A stretch of DNA of 64,000 nucleotides from Gnetum montanum (lineage: Eukaryota; Plantae; Gnetophyta), in assembly GCA_015680685.1 (NCBI GenBank), contig MNCI01001928.1, positions 1 through 64,000 on the forward strand. Direction: 5' to 3'. The notes below the pieces were generated by a model. It made no database searches. It was not told the origin of the DNA and saw only the letters and a list, made by a program, of their open reading frames with translations. This document shows, piece after piece, positions 11,901 to 24,925 of the stretch. Numbering within the stretch: position 1 is the first letter of the stretch; each line of letters begins with the position of its first letter. The position numbers and the translations under genes are program-made.

Positions 11901-13010
11901 ATTGTCTTATTTCATCCATGCTGTTCAGGCGTCAATGCTGGAAATATACAATGAAGCCATTCGTGATCTTGTGAGTACTCGTACAAATTCCCAAGATCCT
12001 GCAAAGCAACATGTCGTCAAGCATGATGCCAACGGTAACACCACTGTGTCAGATCTTACACTTGTACAAGTAACAAACTGGGATGAGGTTTCTTCACTGC
12101 TAAAGCAAGCTGCCCAGAGCAGGTATCTTCCCAAGCGTTTTGTTCTCGTCCTCTGGAAGCAATTGCAAGTGGTATGGATTAGCAGTCTTTACAACTGCCG
12201 TATTAGTAGATTATTAATACTGCTGTTTTTATTAATGCAGAACAGTTGGAATGACTGCAATGAACGAGCAATCTTCTCGTAGCCACTGTGTATTCACCCT
12301 CCGAATTGCGGGTGTAAATGAGGTAATTCCCTTATAGTATCAATGGTAATCTGCATTACACATGTAACTTCCTATATTTCGAAATGTATAAGAAGATGCC
12401 GAAATGCGAAATAAAGGTATAAAATACTGTTTGCAGGATACAGAACAGCAAGTTCATGGTGTTCTAAATCTTGTTGATTTAGCGGGGAGCGAACGGCTTT
12501 CAAAGAGTGGAGCAACGGGTGAACGTTTGAAGGAAACCCAAGTATTTCACAATCCCCTTTTTATCACTTAATGATTATTTTGAACGACTGGAATGAGATG
12601 TTTAGCACTGATCAATGTTTCAGGCCATTAATAAAAGCTTAGCAAGCTTGGGAAATGTAATTTTGGCCATAGCGAACAAAGAGCAGCATGTTCCGTATCG
12701 TAATTCCAAGCTAACCTATCTTCTACAGGTGCGTATCTGATGCCTGTAAAACTGTCTTTGCTCATGTTTGCATCATGTGAATGATAGTTTTATAATAATT
12801 TAAGCTTTGTGCATACAGCCATGCCTAGGCGGAGATTCCAAGACTCTTATGTTCGTAAACATTTCTCCGGATAACAGATCGTTTAATGAGTCGTTATGCA
12901 GTCTGAGGTTTGCAGCCAAGGTCAATGCATGTGAAATCGGTGTTCCAAGGAGACATACGCTCAGTAGAATCAGCGACACTAACAGTCGATTAAACACTAG
13001 CACAAATTGA
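5973..13010 (+). CDS. KIN14C: Kinesin-14, C-terminal motor (ATK1/ATK5/KatA-like), 783 aa, 17 coding exons
   Basis: GT-AG exons, all phase-compatible: 5973-5975, 6560-6802, 6918-7062, 8320-8429, 8543-8662, 8811-9014, 9202-9411, 9724-9798, 9919-10065, 10426-10570, 10657-10766, 11654-11815, 11929-12122, 12241-12322, 12437-12541, 12624-12728, 12819-13010 (total 2352 nt). N-terminal KKRK, coiled coil with [13 protein letters not shown], neck [24 protein letters not shown]-loop GQTGSGKT, switch I SSRSH, switch [18 protein letters not shown]. The symbol denotes the clade; exact orthology is untested. Confidence 0.96.
7987..8131 (-). mobile_element. Possible short retroposed (SINE-like) insertion in kinesin intron 3
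   Basis: Direct repeats CTATTACTATT(T)AC at 7987-8000 and 8119-8131 flank a ~118-bp, relatively GC-rich segment that begins with T9 (poly-A tail on the - strand). Confidence 0.4.
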
Positions 13011-13416
13011 ATCATGTTAACTCTAGTTTATCTAACTCAGTAAATTCGTTTCTAACATCCTCCTACGAAAAGTTTTACTTTGAGGGGTTTTGTATTATTA
13101 AATAACTTGTGGGGGAGTCTGATTTCATGAAATCTGCTTTGTGTGTCTTAAAATAAAAGTGTGTATTATACCTTGTACATTTCAGTGTTCGAGATGAAGC
13201 CGTGGAGTCTGTACAATTTTAGTCAAAGCATTTCGTTAAGGGATTTCTTTATTTTCCTACGTTTCATGCTTTTTGAGAATTCATTCAAGGATTCTGTGTT
13301 TTCGTGATTTTATTGTTTTTTATCTTTCAGAAAAAAAAAAACGTTGAAATTAATGCATATGCTTGATGTTTATTTCTGGTGAATGCTAACCTTCTCGGTG
13401 TAAGCAGTGCATTGAG

Positions 13417-13492
13417 TGTGTTGTTTCTGGTTGCTAGCAGCTGCAACGCTGCAATGTGTTGCTTTTGGTTGCTAGCAGCTGCAACGCTGTAA
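13417..13492. repeat. 38-bp tandem repeat, 2 copies, between the convergent genes
   Basis: TGTGTTGYTTYTGGTTGCTAGCAGCTGCAACGCTGYAA at 13417 and 13455. Confidence 0.9.
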
Positions 13493-14321
13493 TACCAGCA
13501 AAATATGTTATGACACTTGTCGATTTCAAAAACGTGGATGCAATTTGAGTTTTATTAACTTAAATTTTATAGCTTCAATCATTCAGTATAAAGAGCGGGC
13601 ATGCATCTATGTTCCGAATATTATCTTGCAGTTGCAAGGGCATTCCATTTTATTATTAGTTGGTTGTCCACGATGATTACCAACAAAACATTTCTTCTGG
13701 TAGATTTCATTCCGCTTATTTTACCCTTCTTTTGTTAAGTACGAAATTATGGTCAATGGCATTGAGTTCGTAACGTTATTTTTCTGTACAGCTCTGGTTT
13801 ACCGCTTCAATTGTGCTGTAGTCTTTAACTGTAGATCATTGTTGTTCATGATCATGATCTCGGTGTTATAATATGCTTTATTTTTAAAAGATCAAATCTA
13901 GTTTTCTGATGGAAGCCTCTAGGGCGTTTTTGTTAACTGAATTTGTGGACGTTGACGTGCCAAACCACAATTTTGGGGACGATTCATCCTCACAAAACCA
14001 CACACCACCAAACAAATTGTTTTTTCAAATCTAAAATAGAATCTATAAATTCATTCACGCCCATAATTTCTACAAGCTGTTTAATTATTGTTTTTGAATG
14101 TTCCTGGTGCTAAACATCAGCATCTATCTTGTTGCTAACTAGTAACTACCAATCATACAGGGATTGTTTGTATGACTTTTCTTTTATTCAAATACAAATC
14201 TTCATGCCAAATCAAATATGCACCCATATAATTAGGACACCCAAATTTAGCCTAATGTTTACCTAATGTACCATGCGCAGCGATATTGCGAGACTAATTG
14301 CAAATTAGAGAGTAACAATCT

Positions 14322-16001
14322 TCAAGCAGAACTTAGCCGGCGTTGCTTTGTCAGAGTCTCAATATGTCCGGTTAGGAGTGGATCAATTATCTTCCTCCAC
14401 TTCGCGTAATCTAAAGTTTCTTCAGATCTTAGCGGAATACCGTTCACAAAAAAGTACGGTGTCCCAGTTACTGCTCGTGAACAACCATACTGCAAAAAAT
14501 TCAAAATACAAAAATCAAACCAATTCTACCACCTTAAACATCGAAGGATTGTTTAAGGAACAGACATAAAAGAACTAAATGCATGTGTCAAAGGCACTTC
14601 TATTACCTTAAAAGAGATTCTTGTTGCCGTGTCCGTTTTTGAATCTGTGAATCCAGACTCAAACAGATCTTGTGTAGAAGATTCCAATCCTTCTGATGCA
14701 AAATTAATTATTTTCTTTGTAATCAAAGAAGCGGAGACATTCAGGGTGTTAGCGTTATAGAACTTTTTCTGCATTAAACGAACAATAGCATCAACACGAT
14801 GATGTCTATTCAGTAATAAGTAACAACTAACAAAGAATACAAATGAATCCGTCCATGAACATACAGTTACTACAAATCTTTTTAAACAAACAGGTACGAA
14901 GGATACTATACAAACTCCTTTGAACAATATCATGTGTGTCAGCAAATTCAACGCTCATATCTTGATGTTTTTTGTCTGCATCATGCATGCATGAATGCAT
15001 GCCAAGAAGTACATCGATTTGATGCACAAAAATTAGGAGTACATCGATTTTGCTGGTTGTAAATTTGACAATTCTTTTTTCTAAATTTATCAAATTCAAC
15101 AATATATAACGACTCCTTTGCGTACAAGCGAAATACTCCAATTTTCCTGTAAACCTACAATTTGACATAATCTGAAATTCCACGATGCCACTTATAAGGC
15201 CACAGTAGAAAGAGCATGTCATTGACGGCTCAGGCTTAGGCCGATAAATAGAAAACCTGCAATATGATATCATTTTCTTTGCTTAACGCAATAGTTCAGA
15301 ATCAAAATTTTTTGATCCAAAAGGTTTAGGGAAGTATGGTTACATCTTTAGAAATAGATAATACATCTTCCAAGCTTGCTAGCTGAAATAAAATTGCATG
15401 CCACTATCACGTCTGTATAACACAATAATTAAATTGTACGCAAAAAGGAAGCTAACCTGCTGTCGGAAAAACTTTTCTAGAAGGGGATAAGTATAAGACG
15501 GATTGATACCGTCCGCAATATGCAAGCTACGGCAGGCTTTGAAAGAATTTGTGTGATACCTGCTTGGCAATAAAACAACGAATAAATGCTATATTATGAT
15601 CTTCCCAAGCTAGAAAATCCAAAAGCGAAATACAGGGACAAAACCGTGATCGAATTAAACAAATTCATAAGTTCCGTTTGGTTTTCGTGTAGGTGAGAGA
15701 GACAGAGAGAGATTTACGGAAGGGCAAAAGTATGAAAAATGAAGGTAACGTTGGTTCCGTAGAAGTCAAGGGCGTGCTTGAGAGGCCACCATGAATCTCG
15801 ACTATCAGGGCACACCGGATCGAAAAAGGCCTCCACAAGAACTCCCGACCACGCCGTTTTCAAACACGAGCTTGGCTTGTACACAAAACCGTCGTATTTA
15901 GGGGGAATTGGAACCTGTGCATTCGCATTCAAAGCCAAAGCAAATGCCAGCGACATAACCAGACTGAAACTTAGGGCAAAAGAGCTACCACCGACAGCCA
16001 T
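14322..16001 (-). CDS. Secreted thioredoxin-fold (DsbA/Thioredoxin_4-like) protein, 238 aa, 4 exons
   Basis: Exons 16001-15718, 15559-15457, 14768-14607, 14489-14322 with GT-AG boundaries and compatible phases (717 nt). Hydrophobic signal peptide ending ANA/QVPIPPKYDGFVY, then EAFFDPVCPDSRDSW (CxxS), FALPYH, and YGCSRAVTGTPYFFVNG. These motifs match the conserved plant family that includes Arabidopsis At1g76020/At1g20225 (from recall). Confidence 0.93.
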
Positions 16002-16588
16002 TGTGAAAGGATACGCAACTACAATTTCATGCGATCAAGCTAAACCCCCCCTCTAGTAGACTGCTAATTTCGAGCATTATTTATTTATTAATTATGGGTG
16101 AGAATGAATCATATGGCGAAATCACGCCACGATGGATCGATATGGACATTCACAAGCACCATGACCGTGAATGTGCCTGGTAACACAGTACGCGCTTTAA
16201 AGTCATATGATTTCCTCGTGATTCCTGTTGTCTGCCCTGCTCCATCTCCTATTCGCTATCTTCTTGTATTGAGTAAGACCTCTGTGATCGGGATTGGTAT
16301 TTTGCCGGGTTCAAGCCGAAATAATCAGATACATCCAGGATAACTATCCATAAACGTAGGACCAATCTGTCGGTTTCTCAGCGGTAAACCTTCTCAGGTC
16401 TAATATCCTGTACCTCACAGTAAGGAAGGTTCTCACTTTGAGTTTTAATCCTTATTTCGATAATGGAACCAGATTTGGTGGTAAATGAAAACCCTAACTT
16501 AACTTTTTGGCGTGTATTCAGTGAATAAGTACTCTTATCTTCACTCCAAATCATAATAATGACTTCAAACAAGCATATATTTGATTGT

Positions 16589-16661
16589 TGGATATGAAAT
16601 GAAGCTTTGTTAAGTGTGAAGAGCCATAGGATGGATATGAAATGAAGCTTTGTTAAGTGTG
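16589..16661. repeat. 30-bp perfect direct repeat at the 3' terminus of the minus-strand LINE
   Basis: TGGATATGAAATGAAGCTTTGTTAAGTGTG at 16589-16618 and 16632-16661. Confidence 0.9.
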
Positions 16662-19600
16662 TAGGATCTATTGGACAAACATTACATTTTCATGAAAAGT
16701 AAAGATATATTAGAAATTGACCAAGAACCAATGTGGACATCAAAAACAAATCATAACATTATTATGTTGTCTTAAATGGGTAGGCATAGCACAAGAAAGA
16801 AACACATGTAACTTATCTTCAAGGGTTCTTGATATACACAACCTACAAATGCACTCTTCTCGAGGGAGTTAAATCCATTTTACACTTTAAATTCTAAGAT
16901 GACAAGAACTTAAATGAAGGCTGCTGATAGCATTCTGATACTTGATGGAAATAGCAGCTAAGAGATAGTGAGCTTCTACATCTAGTTTATTAGAGTTGAT
17001 GTGGTGTAAATAAAATTGTCTCTTGCCTTCCGCATTAGTCCACATTTGTGTTAAAACCTTCTACTTGACTATGCTTAGGATTTTATTGCACATCCTCCAT
17101 TACATCCCCTGAAAATACTAACCATGGGCTTGTGAATCCTCAGGAATTGCTTGAGAAAATTTGTCTTGCCTTGAGATATGCAAGCTATGAGTGTATGTAA
17201 TGAATTGATACAAGACTTTTGCTTTTAAAAGTAATAAATCACATTCACATAATAACATTGAGTAAGGTGCTTGCATCTTCACCTTTAACTCATCGAAGAA
17301 GAAAAACTTTTTTGCACTCTTTCAATATATTTCCAAAGTTTAGGACTAAGTCTAGGTCCCCAAACAACATACCTTCCAGGTCCAAAGACCTAAATTCTTG
17401 CACTTGTTTTTGAAAGCATACAGAGTCTTGAAACCTCATGCTATTTTTTCTTTGATGCACTTCCTCCACATGTAATTATTTATATAAATGAGACCCAAAT
17501 ATTTTAAAAAATATACTACTTGCACATTGGTACCTCCAAACTGGAAGTTATAATAATTATTTCTTCTATCATATATTATCACTTTGGTTGTATTTACATT
17601 CACTTGAAGACCAGATGAATGACAATAATTTTTTAAAAGTTGCAACATATTTTGCATACCTTCTGTAGTAGTGGAAACCAAGGCAGCATCATTTGCATAT
17701 AAAAGAAGATTCACTATTTAGAATCCAATTTTGATAGCATGATTATTGTGCCTGGTGCACAACCATTCTTGCATTTCATCAATAAAGATACTAAAGAGAG
17801 TTGGAGAAGTAGATAACCTTGCTTAACTTCAATTTTGCTCTAGAATTAAAATTTTTTCTTTGAATTTTTGTATGTAATTTCAATAATCACTTCCTCATAC
17901 AATCTTTGAGTTGCTGCAATTAAATTTGAAAGGAGGCTAATTTTATGCAAGCATAACCATAGTTTTGTATGGATTAGTAAATCATATGCTTTTGCAAAAT
18001 CAATAAAACAAATAAAAATTTTTTTATTTGGCATTTTTGTAAACTTCATGTAGTGTCTAAGAGTAACTAAATGATCAGCAGTAGAGTGATTTTGTTTGAA
18101 ACTTACTTGACATCTTACTCGGGGTACCTTCAGCCTAATAACTGATTCTCTTTTCTAGTAGAGTGCCCAACAACTTAGCAAAACCATTACTCACAATGAT
18201 CATTTGATAATTGTTCAAATTATTTTTATCCTCCTTTTTATGTAATAATATAGCTTTACAAATTTTCTAATCTTGATTTAATCCTTGCTCCATTGCTGAA
18301 TTTAATTTATGTTAAATTTCTCTATGAATAAGAGTAAATTGAAGAGGTGCTTGTTGTACAACAATAGTAGAATTATCATATTGTCATGTAAATAACTTAT
18401 TATAAAATGAGCAAATATTGTGAAAAGAAAAATTCAATGATGAAGAGACTTTATGATGAAAACATTGTCAAAACTGTCAAAATTTTCCTTCTATTCCTTG
18501 ATATATTTTCTTCTTTTGGTTCTAATCAAGCATTTATATGCCTTAACTAAACTTTGTTTGTGACTTTTATTTGCATTCTTAATATTCTACCTAGCATGCA
18601 TGTAATCCTCATCAAACCAAGTTTTCTAAGTACCTTATTACTATGAATCCTCAACTTGCTTAGTTGTTGTAGGTAAAATTTATTCAATCTCCTTATGTCA
18701 TCTTTTAAGAGCCTATTTGTTATGCAGTGCATCCATATATTTCTCCTTGATTGGTGGGCTGATTCGACCTTTTTTTCTATTTTTATTTTTTCTTGTCTAA
18801 GAAACAGTTGGAATTTGTAATAAAAACTCAACATAATGATGGCAATAGTCTAAATCTTCTCCAACATTCAACTCCTTAATAAAATCAATATCTTCATAAG
18901 AACATAAAAGTAAATTAATGCAAAAGTTACCTTGAGGTTTTGTGAAAGTAAATGATGACAATTGAGGAAATCTAGCAAGTCTATTGCAAATTAAAAGACT
19001 AAAAATTTTTCTTCATTCTAATAGTTGCTGGTCCATCTTATTAATAATGCCATCTGCAAAATGTCAAGTCTAGTTGTGATCTTTAACAATATCTAAACTA
19101 CCAACATTTTGTTGCCATTAAATAATTTTGTTTGCTCTAAACCTATCCTTACATTAAAATCTCCATAAATAAATGGTGAGCCTTTTGCTTCAAATTCTAC
19201 AATATCTTTGCCTAAGAAGTAAACAATATGATCATGAGACAGCTATATAGAATCATACAATATAGCATCTCTAGGAGCAGAATAACATACGACAAGAAAA
19301 GCACAACTATACTCACATAAGATTTTTAGCCAACCATATTGTTTATGATCAATTTTCAAGAGATTTTCTCAATAACACTACAATGTTCTTGGAAGGTTTG
19401 TCTCTTCACCCTACTCTTATATTTTTTGCAACAAATGTATATAACCAACATCTTCCTAAGTTTTAACAAAACCAAAAATATCAAAGCTATCAAAGAAGCT
19501 AATACTAGTAAAAGAAACAACTTTATTTGCAATTCCATCATCAATGTTAAAAAATTTACACCTTAAAGAGCATATACATTTTTGAATAGTTTTTGGAATA

Positions 19601-20460
19601 CTGCTTATTTATAATGACTGGCATTCCCAACATTTAAGTATGCTACTAAACCTTGATCATGAGTGCCTTAACCTTTTTCCATTGTTCAACCCTTTCTGAA
19701 AGTTTCTTTTGCATAAGTTCCTCATTTATCCAAATCTTTTTCCCATTCTCAATTTGTTTTATATGGTTTTGATCTCGTCAAACATGCATTCTGTCTTCTA
19801 CATCATGAAACTTAATAATTGCACATTGGGGCTTTTCATGTCGTTCACCTAGAACCCTAAAAACTTTATGAATTTTTGAAGAAGTTATATGCATATCATC
19901 TATAAAGTTTTTCAATTTTTTAAAATAAATTTTTATCTATTGTGAAACAGGAATAGAGATTCCTTTGTCTCTAGGATACCTACAAAATGCAAATTTTTTT
20001 CTTTTGCTTTTTTTTTTCATCTTACTCTTTCAAAGCTTCTACAATTGCAGATATGATCTTTGTCTTTGTTTCTTTAAGATTAGATTCATTTTTATTTTCC
20101 TCCACATTGGCTTTAGGTTCTACTAATTTCAAAAAAAATTGTTTATTATTCTTTGGAGCAATACTAGCCTCACTTTCTTCTTCAATCTTCTCTTTGAGGG
20201 CTAATACCCTTTGAAGAACTTCTTTATTTGGTTCATGGATTTCATCTAGCAATGCTATTTTTCTAACCATATACTTCCATTGTGCAACTAGAATTTCATT
20301 GAGGGAAGTTGTATTTACATATGTTTTTGTGTGCCTTGTGATGATGCCATGATAACATTTTCAAATTTCTTTGGCAAATGACTCAATCTCTTCGACAATA
20401 AATCAACACTCATAAAATATCAATCAATCTGGCCTACCTCTAATTGCCCTTTCTACTGTC
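16589..20460 (-). mobile_element. Decayed near-full-length LINE (ORF1 + APE-RT ORF2, RTE-X-like)
   Basis: Coiled-coil ORF1 remnant (20022-20270). APE IYGDFNVRIG at ~19170. RT FICFIDFAKAYD (~18000), LLLYAND (17714 ORF), LKYLG. C-terminal EECICRLC..LEDKLHVFLSC at ~16790-16860. Boundaries approximate. Confidence 0.88.
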
Positions 20461-20515
20461 TTAGATCAAATCGATCTTTAGATTGATGTTGTTTTTAAAA
20501 ATTGTTTAGTTTTAT

Positions 20516-20912
20516 GTGGTGATTGAATTATTTTGGCTTTTTATTGATGAACTTAAAGAGTGGATGCATAAAATACGAGTCCAATTTGCAACCACAATTG
20601 GAAAGTGTTATCAACTCTTACTTTATGTTGATGATGTTGTTTTAATTTCAATCTCACTGAAGGAGTTGCAAACAATGCTTCTTACTCTTAATGCTTTTTT
20701 TAGTAGGAATGAGGATTAATGTATAGAAAACCAAAAATATGATTTGTAGCACATGTAATGAAAAATAATTCATTATAGGAAATGAGTAGGTGGACAATGA
20801 AATTTTTTTTGGTTGACTACATCATATCTATGTTAATGCATTGATATAGCCCATGATGTGTTGACGCAATGGTTATAAATACCTATATAAATGCAACACC
20901 TACTATGCTTAT
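20516..20912 (+). mobile_element. LINE RT remnant, split by insertion of element A1 (left part)
   Basis: ORF 20516-20719 reads LFIDELKEW..LLLYVDDVVLIS (YADD box region). Confidence 0.7.
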
Positions 20913-21839
20913 TGATGAGTGACAAGGTACCCCTATGCATAACCATACGAATCACAAAGCGTTCACATGCGATCTAGTCGAATTTAGTGGACTTTATTAT
21001 TTTCAGTGTGCTAGTCCTTTAGGAAGTGAATCTAGCCTTAAGGTCAATCATTGTCTTCCCAACTACACTTGTGATGTTCTTTGGTATGGTTAAGTGTAAC
21101 TGAGGCATTCAATTTTTATCATTTTTAAGTTTTATAGTTGGGTGCTTGAAATGTGGATAAAAGGAATCTGATTAACTAATCTAAATTAACTAATTAACAA
21201 ATCCTAACATAAGTATCCATTCCCACTTTCTATACACGTCCTAAACCCATGTATTTGTTGCTGGGTGACCAAGCGCTACACTACTGGGTGAACCAAGCAA
21301 CAGCGCTGCTGGGATTACCAAGCGAATACATGTTACGCTCAAAGTGGTCGTACTTATGTGCATAATCTATTTGGCTTAATTGCTTCATTAACTTAATAAC
21401 TAGAAAATAATTAATAACTAATTAAAAACATTTAATAAATAACTAAAAACATTAAATGCATAAATGAAATAGCTAATCTATCCAAAGTGCTGCAAGGTTT
21501 ATCAGAAAGTTTGTCCTCATTACTTTACACACTGTCGTGCTCAGGTACAATAATGCTCAAATAAAGATCTGTACACTCAATGACTCCTACTACAGGCACT
21601 TGGAGGAAAAATTCTAACTTTCAAATGGAAAAAATGCAAGAGCTCCACTACAAATACAAGATCTACTTGCCATAAATGTAGCTACATGCATGTATTTATA
21701 GTTGACTATAGGCACTACGTCAATAGGGCCATGTCGATGCATGATATGATGCATTAACTAGGGCTCATCGACGAGGCCTAGATGATGAGGCTATGTTAAT
21801 GAGGTTTTGATAATGCAACCGATAGAACATGACTCATCA
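20913..21839 (-). repeat. 3' LTR of A1 (927 bp)
   Basis: Colinear with 33324-34262; 8-bp terminal inverted repeats. Confidence 0.95.
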
Positions 21840-22077
21840 TATCCCCACGACTGAATGAAAACTCGTCTTCAAGTTATTTTACAAAATTGGGAAGGTATGG
21901 AATTATTAACTGACTTTTCTTCAACCAAAAGAAACTGACTAACTTGACAAAAAATGGAGTGTATAGATCAACACATTACAAAAATGAAGGTGTTCAGGAC
22001 ACAAAATTGAACACCATGACTCAAATCTTTAAAATTGGATAGCACATTCCTTGATGGTATGAAGCTGATAGAGAAGA

Positions 22078-24925
22078 TCAAATGGTCCTAGGTGGTGGTG
22101 GTTCTTGAGACTCCAAGGGACCTTCATCGGATTCACGCATGGGCGACGATTGTGGTGGTTGCAGTTGTCCTACTACTACTGCAACTTTAGGTGGGAAGTG
22201 GAAAGCATCTAGTAGTGCTTTCATTTTCTCCTCCTTACTCCTGGGATCATGCACAGTCCATGCAGCTTCGCTAATGTGGGTTAGAATGGGCACATCCCAA
22301 GGACATGGGATTGCTGAAAATAACTCTTTTGTGTTGACAAACTAGGTAGTGAATTGTTTGCATTTAATGTCAAAGACCCTGACTATGTCTTTCAGCTCAT
22401 GGTAGCCATTCATCTATTTTGCTAGGTTCTTAGTGATAGATCATTGATCTCTGAATCATCCTCTTAGAACTTTGAGCTCAACATTAGCAGTCTCAAGATT
22501 TTGCTTGGTGTCTTTATGGTGCTTGAACTTAGCCTCGTAGAGCAGATACGAGCTAGCCACTTGTTTCTCCAATTCTAACCATGGCCGTTTGGCTATCAAC
22601 ATTGCCAGGTTTGCATAACGGAGATTGGCCAACTCCATGTACTCTATCATCTCCTTGATTTGCAACTCCTTTAAGTGGATCTTTTCTTTGTTGTAGGCAT
22701 CAATCCAATCAATGATGGGTTGCCACATCTCTCCTCCTTGTTGGAGTTGCTGGAGGGCTTCATTTAGTTTCATCTTCATCATTTGAATTTGTTTTTCATT
22801 CACTTCCTTTTGCAGGCCAACCTAGTCCTTGTAGATATTCTTCACTTTCTCAAATTTGAGGGCTTCATTCTTCCAAGCGGAAATCTTGATGGCTGATTTC
22901 TAGAACATAAGGTGTGTACCTCCTTCATTGACAGATTGCAATTTTTTGCCACTACTTTCCTCAATTCAATGTTTACCTTGACAAGCTTCTCCTACTGTTG
23001 ATGAATGAATTTTTGCATTTGATCTTTCTAAGTATTAACATTTCATAGGCGATGATTTTGTGTGGTCAATACTTCATTCTCTTGGCACATTTGATTCAAG
23101 TATTTTTGGATTGAGTGCATTTCAACTTCTACTATGGACTGTTTGCAGATGGCCATCACTGCCTCCTCCTCAACCTTCTAAAATCATTCTTGAAGCTATT
23201 TGATAGCTTCATCCCTTGTCACTACTAGGTTGAGGATTGCTTGATCTACAAGTTAGGCATGAAGTTTGACAACCTTCATAGCCAAGTGTTGATTTTGCTC
23301 TTAGGCTGTTTCTAGTTGCCCCTCTAAAATAATGCATATGGCCCTTACATTTAGTAGCTCTGACTAGGTTGCAATGATGTTCTTCAGAAGATCAAAAATG
23401 TCTAGAGTTGGTTGCCTGGTTCCTATGAGTCATTCTAATAACTTTTCATGCTAGGTTGCATTCAATTTTCCACTAACCATGCCTATGGATATCTACATGT
23501 CTTGAAGAGTGGATATGTCTGGTACAGACACCACAGGTGCATTCAATGTTTTTGCGACATGGTCAACAACTACTTCTGCTGTTGTCTCCTACCCTTGGTG
23601 CTACATTACCAAGATAGTTGCCTCTTCACTTTCCTATAACTACACTGAGAAAGTGGTGCATTCCTAGAGATTTCTAGGAATAGATGATGTGTTGCTAGTG
23701 ATACCATCACCTCTCGAGCATTGGGATCTAACCTTGAAGGTAGTTTCATTTGTTGGGAAAAGAAAATAAAACCATCCCTCTCCATTTGACTAACTATTTG
23801 GGCCACCTCATTAAGGTAACTCATCGCTAGTCAATACATAGATGGATTTGCCTCACTCATTTCTACTTGTTGCTCTTGTTCACTCAAGAGTTGTTCTTAG
23901 ATTTTTTGTAGACGTTCAATGGTTTCATGGGCCCTCGGTGTTGTTTCTTGAGTCAATCGTGGTCGCGATAGCTCCTCTAATTAAGTTGTCATTGGTGTCT
24001 TCTCTTTCATGATCTTGGACCATGAAGCTAAAGGAGTATACTTAAGCACATCGTTAGAGTAGGGAATGATGCCTACCCTTTTACAAAGTTCCCTGATGAG
24101 GCATGGAAAGGGCAAGGTCTTCCTTCCATGTTTTTTTTCTTTGAAACACTTCTCAATCTCCAAGTATAGTAGTTGTGGAAGGTTAATGGGGAATTTTATG
24201 CTTAGAGCAGCACATGCTTGGGTAGAGAAAGTAGTTACCTTTCTTGGCATCACTGTTGGATTGAGGTGATAAGTCACAATCTTGAAGTAAATCTGCTCTA
24301 CTGGTGTGAGCACACCATACTCCTTATGGTTCACTCCATAGCAATGCTGGATCCACTTCTTCTTGGCCTCAGGGTTACCTTGCATGGATAATTCTGCCAG
24401 CTGTGTTCTAGTGTTAGGCAACCCAAGTGCCTATGCAATAGCTTTTACTGAGTAGGACACTTGAATGTCCTTGAGCTTGATTGTGGATCTTGGCTTCCAA
24501 TTGTTCTAGAAAAGGTATGTCTCTCCCATGTACCACTCCCCACTGGACATGATGATTGGCCGCATGGGAGAGGTTAGTAGTTGAGTCTTGACATCATCTG
24601 GAGCTTTCTCCAAAAATGTCCTGAAGTTGATCTCTTTAAGAATGGATTTTTGAATCTCTTGGGACTTGATGATATCAAGGCAAGCTTGAGTCAAAGTGAC
24701 CTCAAGCATTGGCATGGGACTAGGCATTTCTCCTCTTTGTGATTGTTCAGTTGGCACTTCTTCCTCTAGAATCTGTTGGATAGATTCTAGTGTAAGTTCC
24801 TCACAGAGAGGTCCTATTGCATGGGTCACCTCAGGTAGTTCTTGTTGGCCCCTTCCCACTCTGGGTCATTTCTCCCATTGTTGTGAGGTTTCTCCTTCCC
24901 GTGGACATTTTTGTTTGGGTGCCAT
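22078..24925 (-). pseudogene. Extra (env-like/accessory) ORF of A1, ~950 codons, disrupted
   Basis: Starts MAPKQKCPREG at 24925, directly after an acceptor-like TTGTGATTATAG. Track fragments 24859-24506, 24421-23981 and 23824-23606 share one frame; after one frameshift, 22803-22456 and 22293-22078 share a frame. Contains INLPQLLYLEI..TLPFPCLIRELCKRVGI and a long Q/E/K-rich coiled coil. Confidence 0.8.

Noticed and set aside
14975-15052. RY motif (CATGCATGCATG) and a 13-bp repeat AGTACATCGATTT in intron 2 of the thioredoxin-fold gene
   Set aside because: Short intronic repeats with no independent support for function.
16098-16343. 81-aa ORF divergent from the thioredoxin-fold gene
   Set aside because: GTG start, no motif or splice support; lies in the probable promoter.
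16489-16497. Telobox AAACCCTAA upstream of the thioredoxin-fold gene
   Set aside because: Single 9-mer with no adjacent site II motifs; expected by chance.
16581-20491. TTGATTGTTG / TTGATGTTG as the TSD of the minus-strand LINE
   Set aside because: Imperfect and low-complexity; element ends are too decayed to confirm.
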